Assembly (NCBI GenBank): GCA_963823035.1
Contig: CAWGKG010000024.1
Span: forward strand, 1 to 64,000
Direction of reading: 5' to 3'
DNA: 64,000 nt
From: an uncultured Gemmatimonadales bacterium
GTDB lineage: Bacteria > Gemmatimonadota > Gemmatimonadetes > Longimicrobiales > Gaopeijiaceae
How positions within the stretch are numbered: the stretch's first letter is position 1; each line of letters opens with the position of its first letter. The translations under genes were made by a program, and so were the position numbers. Under the pieces are notes generated by a model. It saw only the letters and a list, made by a program, of their open reading frames with translations, was not told where the DNA came from and made no database searches. Shown piece after piece: positions 31,553 to 42,578 of this stretch.

Positions 31553-34500
31553 GGCGCTTCCTCCGCCTGGAAGGCCGCGACGACCTGGAGGCGGCCGGTG
31601 GACGCCGGGGTCGACGCGAGGTGGGCCTCGAGCGCCTGCTTCGCTGCCGTGTAGGTGAGACCGTCGGCCTCGCCGGGGATCCCGTCCGCGATGCCCGCGG
31701 CCTGCAGGTCGTCCACGCCCGCCACCACGTACCCGGGGGAGCGCACGCGCAGATCCTTCCCGGGTGCGCGGAAGCGCGTCGCGCCCGACGCGCGCAGCGT
31801 CGATCGGCCCGCGGGGCCGAAGCCGGCGGCGAGGACGGCGAGGTCGCCGCTCAGGAGGCCCGTGCCCCGGGTGCCTCCCGTGGTCCGCACCACCAGGTTG
31901 CCGTCGGCGTCCACGATCACCTCGTCGAAGTCCATCTCCGACGCGACCGCCTCGTCCGCGGACGCCGGGTCCTGTCCTCCGTAGGACGTGCCCGCGCGCC
32001 CGAGGGAGACTCCGGCCGCCAGCCTCTCGAACGAAGGACGAGCGAGCTTCTCGTCGTCGGTCATCTCGATGAACTCCGCGGGCGCGAAGAACTCGGTGAC
32101 GGGGCGCAGCTCCCCGACGTGATCGAGGCCCACCGAGGCGCCCGTGATGTCGAACCGGCGCTCGCCCCCGGGGACGCCCCCCGCGTACCGATCGATGCGG
32201 ACGCCCAGCGGGACCACCTGCTGACGCACGCTCAGCTCCCCGAGCGGGTGCAGGAGCACGCCTCCCTCGGGCCGTTTGCGCAGGCTCACCATCATCCGGT
32301 TCCCGGCGGGGAGGCCCGCGTTCCAGCTGCTCGCGTCGTTCAGCGCGGCCAGGAGATCCCCGAGGGGATCCACGCTGGGAAGGCGGGCGGACGGACGGTC
32401 GTCGCCGAAGGTGTGGTCGAAGCACTTCGAGACCGAGAACAGCCAGAGGTCGATGCTGACCTCGCCCTTCAGGCGCTTGGGCTCGGGGCCGGTGAGCTTG
32501 CCCACCGAGTGCGCGCCCAGGAGGGTGTGGCCCTTGTACTTGAGGGCCACCTTGATGTCGAAGTCGGCGACGAAGCGCACGTCGGGCTGCCAGAGCACGT
32601 CGATCTGCAGGAAGCCCTCGATGCTGAAGCCGGAGAACCCGGCGAAGAAGTCGAACTTGCCACCGGCCTGGCGCGTGTTCGAGGAGACGGCGAAGTAGCC
32701 GCTGAGGATCAGGCGCAGGCGCTTCGTGTCCGCGAACTTGACCGTCACCCGCTCGAGCTTCGGGAACTGCGGCGGGACGGTGAACTCCGGGTGGTAGCCT
32801 CCGATCGAGAGCAGGAAGAACGGATCCGATCCCTCGCGGATGCGCAGCGCCATGTCCCCCGCGAGGGTGACGAAGGCGATGAAGGAGTCGTAGAGGCGGG
32901 CGTCGAGCGAGAACTCCTTCTTGTCCAGGTCCCAGATCCCCACCGCGTCCATGTGCACGGACAGGATGGTCTTGCCCTTGGTCGGCGCGACGATGTGGAG
33001 CTGCCCGAGGAGGACGCGCCTGTGGTTCTCCCCCCACTCGAAGATGAGCGCCAGCTCGGCGGTGATGAGCTTCGCCGGGCCCCAGTTGAGCAGCAGGGAC
33101 ACGCCGAAGAGGTGGCGGCCGCGCGCGGGCGGGAAGACGCTCCGCAGCGTATTGAGCAGGCGGCCGGCGTTCGCGACCGGGTCCTTCGGGAAGAGGACGG
33201 CGTCGAGCGTGTGGTTGTGCAGGCCCTCGCGCAGGACGTCCGTGTCGAGCGTGCGGTGGACGCCGACGAGAGGCCGAAGCCGCCGATCGAGAAGCCGAGG
33301 AAGAGCTGGAGCGGTGGATCGAACTCCAGCGAGACGACGATCAGGAAGGAGTACGCCTTGGGCCCGTCCGGCAGGCGCGTGGTCAGGAGGCCGATCGCCT
33401 TGAGCGAGAGCCGCTCCTTGATCGTGAGCTCGACCACGCCCGCGTACTGCGCCTTCTCGCGATCGAAGAAGAGGAACCCGCCGCCCGAGACCGAGTCGCT
33501 GTCGACCACCACGCCGACGCCCGCTGGGCGGCCTGAAGCCCACGTTGCGCACGTAGAAGTACGGCGGCAGGAGGAGGTGCGCGTCCTCGGGGGGGTCCTC
33601 GCCCGTGGCCAGCGCGTTCAGCGTGATGCCGATCTGCTCGACGCTCGCGCGCACTGGCCCGAGCGTGAGCGAGAAGCTCGTGGCGGCGGTGAACGCCAGC
33701 TCCGAGCTGCCCTCCGCGCTCGCGGGGTCGAGGGCGAGCTGCACGGACTGGATCTTCAGCCCGCCGATCGACTTGTTGATCGGGATCGTGGTCGCGAGCC
33801 GCCCGCCGCCCTCCACGTAGACGCCGCGGTCCTGGTCGGCGGCGAGCCCAAGTCGAACTCGACGCGCACCTCCTTCGACTTGAGCGCGTCGTCGACGAAG
33901 CCGTCCGCCTCGTCGGGGCTCGATCACGAGCGCGCTCTTCTGCGTGGCGGCCTTGATCTTGAAGCCGTCCACGGAGAGGTCGACCTTGAACGAGAAGTCC
34001 CCGATCTCCAGGCGGGAGCCGGTCACGTCCGGGAGGGAGATCGCCGGCCCGACCGTGGCCGGTTGCGCCGGCTCGATCGAGAGCTTCATCCCACCGGTCG
34101 GCGCGCCGGTGAAGCTGAAGCGGTCGTCTCCGGAGAAGTGCACCACCGCGTCCAGCCCGTCGGGCGTGTTCACGGTGATCTTGATCTTGAGCGGACGCTC
34201 CTCGCTCCCCGCCGCTCTCCGTGAACACGACCGCGCCCGCGCAGCGAGAGGAGCAGGCCGAGGCGCCCGTCCTCCTCGACGAGGAAGAAGCTCGTGAGCG
34301 TCGCGGACGAGCTCTCGGGCGGGACCCGCCGGCGAGGAGATCTTGAGGGAGTAGCCGCGGCTCGCGATGCGCTCCGAGAGCGGGACGTCCGGCGCCGGGC
34401 GGCAGCTCCCAGCCGTAGATCTGGTCCACCTGCAGGTCCAGCTCCTTCAGCTTCTTGGCGAGGAACCACTCGAAGAGCGCGAAGACGCCGAGCAGCAAGT

Positions 34501-35157
34501 GAGTCGGACCACCCGAACGCCTCGAAGCCGATCTGGTCCAGCGCGACCTGCTCATCGGGCGTGGGCGGGTGGTCCGGGTCGGGCTCGAGGAGGAGGTCGG
34601 CCGCCTGGTCGAGGCGGAAGTGCGCATAGCCCTTCTTGAAGGCGTCGGGCCAGGCTCTTCCAGTACTCGGGGCGGAAGAGGTTCGCCGGCACCTCGGGCG
34701 CGAAGCGCCTCCTCGACGCTGAGCCGCACGTCGACCGTGATGGCCCCGAGGAGCCGCATCAGGTAGTAGGTGCCGGGGTGGCGGAACTTGATCAGGTCGA
34801 CCGTCGCGACCTCGAAGAAGCGGGACACCATCGCGTCGAGCACGAGCGAAGGGTCCTCCTCCTGCGCGGCCGCGAACACGTCCCGCCAGAAGCCCACGTA
34901 CGCCTGGATGAACTCGACCGCGACCGCGAGCTGCTCGGCGTCCGGCTCCACCGAGGAGACGTACGCCTTGATGCCCGCGCTGTCCGGGCGGGCGCCCTTC
35001 GCCTTGGCTGAGCCCGCCGGGCGGGAGGCCGAGGTCGGCCTCGAGCGCGCGCGAGCACGACCGGGTCGGCGGCGACCTCGTCGACGAAGTCCTCGATGTG
35101 GTCGACCACGCGCAGGAAGAACCGGCCGATGGCCCGGAAGACGCCGCCGACGCTCAC
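31549..35157 (-). CDS. Large beta-rich hypothetical protein B, DUF6603-like (several frameshifts)
   Basis: GTG start overlaps the stop of A; LKAIGLLTTRLPDG..YSFLIVVSLEFDPPLQL..GF, SIGGYHPEF, SGYFAVSSNT and LHPLGELSVRQQVVPL. The family name is recalled, not searched. Confidence 0.75.
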
Positions 35158-38100
35158 GCCCCTCCCTCCGCCACGTCGTACTCGAGCAGGGGGCGGAGGT
35201 CGTCGAAGCGCTCCAGCGGCACCCGGTACACGTTGATCAGCGCCGCCTCGTGCTTGCCGGGCGGGTGGCTGTAGAGGTCCTGGCAGGCCACGAGCACGCT
35301 CGTCGGCGCGCTCGAAGCGCACGAGCCCGAGGTTGACCTGGTAGACCACCCCGCGCGTGAAGCGCAGCTTGGCGAGCTGCGCGGCGTGCCGCTCCGCGAT
35401 CGCGCGGTAGGAGGCGTGGACGTCGTGGACGTCGAAGTCGGGCGGCGGTCCGGCGGGGCGAACGAAGTCCGGGCGCTCGCCGTCGGGGCGCTCGTCGCGC
35501 ACGAGGTCGAGCCGCCAGGCGAAGTCCGGCTGTCGCTTCACCCGCGTGCCCGGCGGCCAGTCCCGGCCGGGGAGGATCACGGGATCGCGGCCGAGGCGGC
35601 CGCGCACCGGGAGGGGGAGGTGCGCGCCCTCGGGGAGCGCCAGCGGCGCCGGGAAGTGGTCGTTCCAGAGGAGCCGTTCGTCGGGCGTGAGGTCGAGGAG
35701 GGTGAAGGCGAAGCCCAGCCCCCGCGCCGAGCGTGGCGATCAGGTCCTTCGCGTTCTTGATGCCGCTGGACACGAACTGCGCGACGCGGGCGGGACCCGC
35801 CTCCTCGAAGACGTCCAGGCGGTCCTCCTCGTCGCGCACGAGGAAGGTCTTCTTCGCCGTGGGGTCCACGATCGACCACTCGCCGTTGTCCTCGCGCGCC
35901 GACAGCACCGCGTCCTCCGAGAGCGGGAGCCCGGCGGCCGTCGAACGCCGCGAGCACCGCCGGGGTGAGCGTGCCCGCCGTCGAGGTCGGCGCGCAGCGT
36001 AGACGGCGAGCGTGAGGCGCTTCGTGCCCTTCTTCCACCAGCTCAGCTCGGCCCCGTAGCCGAAGTGCACCTCGCCGGAGAGCACCACCACCTTCCCGTA
36101 CTTCGACAGCCGCTCCAGGAAGCGGTTGAAGGCCAGGTCGTCACCGGGCCAGATCTCGTTGTCGGGGTCGAGCCCCGTCTGGTTCGCGAACTCCTGGTGG
36201 TGCTTGAGCTCGGTGATGCTCGTCATCAGCGGGACGATGAGCGAGGTCGCGAGGGCCGGCTGCAGCGCGGGGGTCTGCGAGACGACCACCACCACCTCGA
36301 TGCCCGCCGGGCAGCGGCTTCTTCTCCGGGTCGGGGAGCTGGTCGTCGAGCGCCTCGGGGGAGAGCAGCCCCGGCGGCTGGTGGCGCGACCGGAAGACGC
36401 GGCGGGTGCGCGTGTCGAGCATGACGCACGCGGTGCGCCGGCCCGTCCACGGTGAAGTGCCACTTCAGCTCGGGGCGCGGGCTCCGGGTCGGGCTGGTTG
36501 AGCGCGAACATCCGCCCGAGCTCCTCCACCACCGGCGACGGGCGGCCCGCGCTCCGCCGCCGGAGGGAAGTAGCCGATCGCCTGGTCGAGGAGCGCGCGG
36601 CAGGGCCCACCCTCGTAGCGCCTGGGGTCGTTCCCCCAGTCCTGGAAGAGCGCGTACGAGACGAGCGACGAGATGAGCACGCTCCGCCCGAGCGGCGCGG
36701 TGTGCACCCGGTCGCGCCACGCGCGCGTGATGTTCCAGTCGTCCGTCACGTCGTGATCGTCGAAGATCATGTACGTGGGGATGTTCGCGAGCGCGCGCCG
36801 GACCCTCGGGAGCGACTGGAAGAGCACCTCGAGCGTGTCGTGGTCGTTCTGGATCCCCTGCGTCCTTCCTCGGGCGCAGCTTCTCGAGCGCCGCGTTCAG
36901 CCTCGCCGGGGACGGACCGCGTGTCGGCCGCGGCTCGGTGAAGCAGGCGTGCAGGTCCCAGAGCTGCGGCAGGGGGCGACCGGGCGGCACCGCGTACACG
37001 TCCTCGACCGGCGCGAGCTTGGGCTTGTCGCCCTCCATCTCCCACGACCGCGTTCGACCACACCGCGAGGTACATCGCGCAGTACTCGCCGAGGGAGACC
37101 AGGTGTGAGGCCAGGTCGCTGCTCGAGAGACTGCGCCTCGCACTCGAGGATCGGCCGGCGCAGGCCGGCGGGGAAGTGCGCCAGGTCGGCGGGCCAGTAG
37201 CGCACGCCGGGCGCGGCCGGGTCGCTCTTGAAGCCCGCCTTCGACGCGGAAGGGGTCGAGGAAGAGGAGCCCGAAGAGGCGGTCGAAGCACGGGTCGTTG
37301 CGGACGCGGACGCGCGCGTCGTTCTTCAGCGCCTCCAGCGGGTCCTTCCCCTTGGCCTTGCGCCGCGACGAACGACTGCCAGGTCGTCGAAGCCCGGCTG
37401 CTTCGGCGCGCCGAGGAAGCGCTCCCGGCTCGCGGCGTCGGCCTCCGGCGGGTAGAGCGTCGGCAGCAGCTCCGTCCTGCCGATCAGCGCGTTGCCGACG
37501 CGGTTGAGCATCGGCAGCATCGCCGTGGCCACGTCGTCGGCGTAGATCTGGTCGCCCGTGAGGAAGAGCTGGTGCGGCCGGATGTTCGGGTCCAGCGCGG
37601 TCGCACCCGGGCCGCCCCGCCGCCACTCGAGGATCAGGTCGTCGATCCAGGCCATGCCGTCGAACGTCTTCTTCCCCTGGCCCACTCGTAGATCTTCCCC
37701 GGCCGGCGGCAGGAGCCGTGGAGGATCCGCAGGTCGGTCAGCGTCGGCGGCGGGAGCGCGAAGCCCGGCAGCTCGCCCACGTCGTAGCCCAGGGGGAGGT
37801 TGGGCCGGCCGTTCAGCGGCGGGTCCGAGAGGAGGCCCTCGGAGTTGAGGTCGGCCTCCACGTCCACCAGGCTCGGCGCATCGAGCCGCCCTGCTTCACG
37901 CCGTCGCGGAAAGGTCCGAAGCCGACGTTGTAGCTGTAGTTGAGCCCGGGGAACAGCGGCTCGTCCGGGAGGAGCTCCGCGTAGACCACCGCGACGTGAA
38001 GGTGGTCGCCCAGCCGCAGGGTGTTCGCGGCCCCCATCGCGACCGCGGCGGCGCCCGCGAAGATCCCCGGGCCCCCTCCGGTCTGGACCCGGCCCTCGAA

Positions 38101-38211
38101 GACAGCGAGGCGCACGGACCTGGGCTCGCTCAGGGCGACCCAGATCGACACGAGCGTGGGCTCCACGCGGCGCACGATGGGCCCCGCGAGCAGCAACGGA
38201 AAATCGGCCAA
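35154..38211 (-). CDS. PhoD-like metallophosphoesterase A (~1000 aa, no signal peptide; several frameshifts)
   Basis: LLAGPIVRR, HGSCRRP, FLTGDQIYADD, YMIFDDHDVTDDWN, LDTRTRR, LSGEVH and QFVSSG across frames; TTG start inferred. Confidence 0.85.
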
Positions 38212-38504
38212 AACGCTACTCCGCCGTCGAACGGGTGGTGGGAAGCGAACCGGCGGCCGATCAAGATGCGGCGGGGGATTCCGATCGGGAGATCGGTCGT
38301 CTGCCAGGCCTCGGGCGACAACGACCCGGGCGCGGCGACCCCTATCTACGAGGGCCCTCCTCGAAGTCAACGGCGCGGCGCGCGGATTCCCTCCCCGCGC
38401 TCCCGGTGGATGCCTTCACGCGCTAGTATACCCGCACATCGACCCTGCCCGGCCGCGTCCGCGCGCCCGATCCTCCCGGCAGACCCCTGCTCCGGAGTCC
38501 CCGG

Positions 38505-40891
38505 ATGGCCAACGAAGTCGACACCCTGACGCTGGGCGTAGCCCTGGACCCGCCCGACCGGCGAAGCCGGCGCCGCGCCGATCGCGATCCCCCGCCATCA
38601 GCTCACCACCCACGGCGTGATCGTGGGGATGACCGGCTCCGGGAAGACCGGGCTTGGGCGTGGTGCTGCTCGAGGAGATCCTCCGCTCGGGCGTGGGCGC
38701 GCTCATCCTCGATCCGAAGGGGGACATGGGGAACCTGGCCCTCTGCTTCCCCGACACCGCGCCCGCCGACTTCGAGCCGTGGGTGGACGACGCCGAGGCC
38801 GCGCGCGAAGGGCTCACCCGCGACGAGCTGGCCGCGCGCACGGCGGAGCGGTGGCGGAAGGGGCTCGCGGGGTCGGGGATCGACGCGGCCGCCATGCGCC
38901 GCTACCGCGACTCGGTCGACTTCAAGCTGTTCACGCCGGGCTCGACCGCGGGTACGCCGCTGGACATCCTGGGCGACCTGTCCGCGCCGGCGGCGGCCTC
39001 CTGGGACGAGGACGCCGAGGCGCTGCGCGAGGAGATCGAGGGGCTGGTCTCGGGGCTGCTCGTCCTCGCCGACATCGATGCCGATCCGCTCACGAGCCGT
39101 GAGCACATCCTCCTCTCCAACCTCGTGGAGCACGCCTGGCGGTCGGGCACGGACCTCGACCTCGCGACCCTCCTCACCCAGATCCAGACGCCGCCGATGC
39201 GCCGGCTCGGCGTGTTCGAGATGGAGGCCTTCTATCCCGCGAAGGACCGCATGGCGCTCGCCATGCGCCTGAACGGTCTGGTGGCGTCGCCCTCCTTCGC
39301 GAGCTGGCTGGAGGGGGAGCCGCTCGACATCGGGTCGCTCCTGCGCGCGCCGGACGGGCGGCCCCGCGCCAGCATCATGTACCTCGCGCACCTCTCCGAG
39401 ACCGAGCGGCAGTTCGTGGTGACGCTCCTGCTGTCGCGCATCGTGACCTGGATGCGCCGCCAGGCCGGCACGTCCGACCTGCGCGCGGTCGTCTACGTGG
39501 ACGAGGTGTTCGGGCTGGCCCCGCCGACGGCGGAGCCGCCGTCCAAGAAGCCCATGCTCACGATCTTCAAGCAGGCGCGCGCGCACGGCGTCGGGATGGT
39601 GGTGGCCACGCAGAACCCCGTGGACCTCGACTACAAGCTGATGTCCAACGCCGGCACCTGGATGGTCGGGCGCCTGCAGACCGAGCGGGACAAGGCGCGC
39701 ATCATGGAGGCGCTGCGCTCCGCGTCGGGTGACGTCGACGTGGCCGAGTGGGACGCGCGCATCGGCGCGCTCGGCAAGCGCCAGTTCCTCCTGCAGAGCA
39801 CGGGCCCGCGCACCCGCGGCTCTTCACGACGCGGTGGGCGATGTCGTTCCTGCGCGGCCCCATCACGCGCGCCGAGATCCAGCGGCTGGAGGGTGGCGCC
39901 GGCGCACGCCGGTCGCGAGGGGGCCCCCGCGGCGCCTTCGCCCCCGCCCGAGCCCGACGCTGGCCGAGGACGAGAGCCCGGTCCCGCCGACCACCGCGTC
40001 GGGCGTGCGGGTGGCCTGGCTGGACCCGGCGGCGCGCTGGGCGACGGAGGTGGGCGCGGGCACCGGCGCGAAGAGGCTGGAGGCGGGCGTCGCCATGCGC
40101 GTGCGCCTCCTCTTCGACGACGACAGGCGGAGCTGCGCCAGGAGGAGGAGTGGGAGGCCGTCCTCTTCCCCCTCGACGCCACGCCGCGCGCCGAGGAGGC
40201 CCGGGTCGTGGACTACGACGACCGCGACTTCCGTGACGAGGCGCCGGACGGCGCGACCTACGTGGTGCCCGGGGCGGCCGTCCAGAAGTCGGAGCTCTTC
40301 CGCGACCTGCGCAAGGACCTCGAGGAGTTCCTCTACCGATCGCGGACCGTGACCCTGCTGCGCAACGAGGCCCTCAAGCTCTTCTCGCGGGTGGGGGAGA
40401 CGGAGGAGGCCTTCCGTGCCCGCTGCCTGGAGGCCGCGGAGGACGAAGCCGACGAGGAGGCGGCCAAGCTCCGCGAGCGCTACGAGAAGCGTCTCGACAC
40501 CGTGCGTCGTCGCAAGGAGGACGCGGAGCGGCGGGTGCGCGAGCTCGAGGTGGACGTCGGCCAGCGGAAGCAGCAGGAGGTGATCGCCGGCGCGGGGGCG
40601 CTCCTGTCGATGTTCCTGGGCGGGCGCCGGCGCGTGAGCGGCCTGTCCGGCGCGGCCTCGCGCCGGTCCCAGACCCGACGCACGCAGGAGCGCCTCCAGA
40701 CGGCCGCCGAGAAGATGGAGGACTACGACGAGTCGATCCACGAGCTGGAGGACGAGCTCGCCGAGGAGATCCAGGAGGTATGGGACACGTGGAAGGGGGC
40801 CGCGGACGCCGTCGAGCCGTTCGAGGTCCCCCTCGAGAAGAGCGACATCCACGTCGACGAGATCGTGCTGTTCTGGGCGCCGCGTCGCTAG
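38505..40891 (+). CDS. HerA/FtsK-superfamily P-loop ATPase (DUF87/DUF853-like) with C-terminal coiled coil, frameshifted
   Basis: LTTHGVIVGMTGSGKTG Walker A, ILDPKGD, VYVDEVFG Walker B, KQARAHG and ATQNPVDLDY; charged helical C-terminus. Confidence 0.88.
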
Positions 40892-41120
40892 GAGCGACGA
40901 GCCTTCTCGGGCACGGCTCGTCTTGGGTACCTCGGCGATGGGGCGATCGGTCGGCGCGTATCCCGGGCTTCTCGAGGCGGCGGGCAGTCGGCGCGCTCCC
41001 GGAACAGGTCGTGTCGGAATGGGCGGAAGCGGTCCGAGAGCTCGACCGCAAGATCGCGACGGAGCGCGAACATCCGGCCGGCGCGCCGGCGCCGACCCCC
41101 GAACCATCCGGAGCAACACG

Positions 41121-41984
41121 ATGGTCCAAGACACCCACCGGCGGCACGGGCTCATCCTCCTCGCGTTCGCGGTCGCGTTCGCGGTCGCCGAGCCCGCCGC
41201 GGCGCAGGAGTCGATCACCTGGGAGAGCTCGACCGAGCTCAGCTTCGTCGCCACGGGCGGCAACGCCTCGTCGAGCACGCTCGGCCTGAAGGCGGCGCTC
41301 ACGGGCACCAGGGAGCCGAACGTCTTCAAGATCGAGTTGGGCGGCATCCGCACCAACGTCGACCAGACCACGCGCACCGCCACCGGGACCGCCACGAGCT
41401 ACACGATCAACGAGACCACGATCTCGCAGACCACCGCCGAGAACTACTTCGCCAAGGCCCGCTACGACCGGAACTTCTCCCAGGCCTTCGTCTTCGCGGG
41501 CGCCGGGTGGGACCGGAACACCTTCGCCGGCATCCAGAACCGCTACGCCCTGGTCGCGGGCGTCGGGCGGACCTTCGTGGAAGGCGAGACCGGCCACTTC
41601 AAGGCCGACATCGGCGCGACCTACACGATCCAGAAGGACGTCGACCCGGCGCCCGGAGCGGACGACGGGTTCGGCGGCATGCGCCTGACCCTGGACGCCG
41701 CCCGCAAGCTGTCCGAAACGGCGGACTTCACGTCCGCGCTCGTGGTCGACGAGAACCTCGAGTCGACCGAAGACCTGCGTGCCGACTGGACCAACTCCAT
41801 CGCGGTCGCGCTGTCGCAGAAGCTGGCGCTCAAGACCTCCATCCAGCTCCTCTACGACCACCTGCCGTCGCTGCTGAGCGTCCCCCTCGTGGACGGCAGC
41901 GGCGCGCCGACGGGTACGACGGTCTCCACCCCCGGGGACAAGCTCGACCGCGTCCTCACGCTGACGCTGGTCATCAAGCTCTAG
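41121..41984 (+). CDS. DUF481/YdiY-like outer-membrane beta-barrel protein
   Basis: Signal peptide; ELSFVATGGN; TAENY..KARYDR; alternating amphipathic strands. Confidence 0.8.
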   Translation: MVQDTHRRHGLILLAFAVAFAVAEPAAAQESITWESSTELSFVATGGNASSSTLGLKAALTGTREPNVFKIELGGIRTNVDQTTRTATGTATSYTINETTISQTTAENYFAKARYDRNFSQAFVFAGAGWDRNTFAGIQNRYALVAGVGRTFVEGETGHFKADIGATYTIQKDVDPAPGADDGFGGMRLTLDAARKLSETADFTSALVVDENLESTEDLRADWTNSIAVALSQKLALKTSIQLLYDHLPSLLSVPLVDGSGAPTGTTVSTPGDKLDRVLTLTLVIKL

Positions 41985-42038
41985 GAAGCTCGCGTGGGCC
42001 GGGGTCCGCGCGCGCGGAGCCCGGCGGCCCCTCCGCCG

Positions 42039-42467
42039 TCAGCCTCCGCCGTGGATGTATTGCCTGAGCTGGCTGTTCTCGTCCTCGGCCATCATGCGGG
42101 ACGCGTTCAGCAGGTCGCCGATCGAGACGATGCCGACGACCCTGCCACCTTCCATGACCGGCAGGTGCCGGATCCGCTTCTCGGTCATCACGCCCATCAT
42201 CGCGTAGAGCTCGTCGTCGGGCGACGCCACCACGAGCTCGCTCGTCATGACGGCTGCACCGTGTGGTCGTCGAGCCGGCTCGTGCGGGCGGTGAGCCTGA
42301 GGATGTCCCGCTCCGTGACGATCCCCGTCGGGCTGCCGTTCCGCGTGACGAGCAGGCTGCCGATGCCGTGGTGCACGAGCGTCTTCACGGCGTCGAGCAC
42401 GGAAGCGGTCCTCCTCGATGATCTCGACATGGTGTCCTTTCCGCACGAGGATCTCTTTGAGTCTCAT
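42039..42467 (-). CDS. CBS-domain pair protein (frameshifted)
   Basis: IGSLLV...GIVTERDI and MTEKRIRHLPV...GIVSIGDL; C-terminal ENxxLRQYI. Confidence 0.88.
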   Translation of the reverse strand: MRLKEILVRKGHHVEIIEEDRFRARRREDARAPRHRQPARHAERQPDGDRHGAGHPQAHRPHEPARRPHGAAVMTSELVVASPDDELYAMMGVMTEKRIRHLPVMEGGRVVGIVSIGDLLNASRMMAEDENSQLRQYIHGGG

Positions 42468-42578
42468 CGGACGCCTCCTCGGGCAGGGTGAGGGGGGGAG
42501 GTTCAATGTGCGGCGTCGCGGGCTCCGCGTGCCACAGGAAACGGTCCCACGGCGTGCGGACGGCCGGCGGCGCGCGGC

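Noticed and set aside
31553..33037. N-terminal extension making protein C 1395 aa
   Set aside because: It overlaps gene B out of frame and is low-complexity; the coupled ATG at 31552 is the better start.
22503..38211. Prophage, T6SS or contractile injection system annotation for the cluster
   Set aside because: No recognisable terminase, portal, sheath, tube, baseplate, VgrG or PAAR motifs by eye; remote structural homology cannot be excluded without a search.
38291..38306. Possible sigma-54 promoter for the five-gene operon (minus strand TGGCAG...)
   Set aside because: The -12 GC is missing (AT at that position), and the shared enhancer motif is absent.
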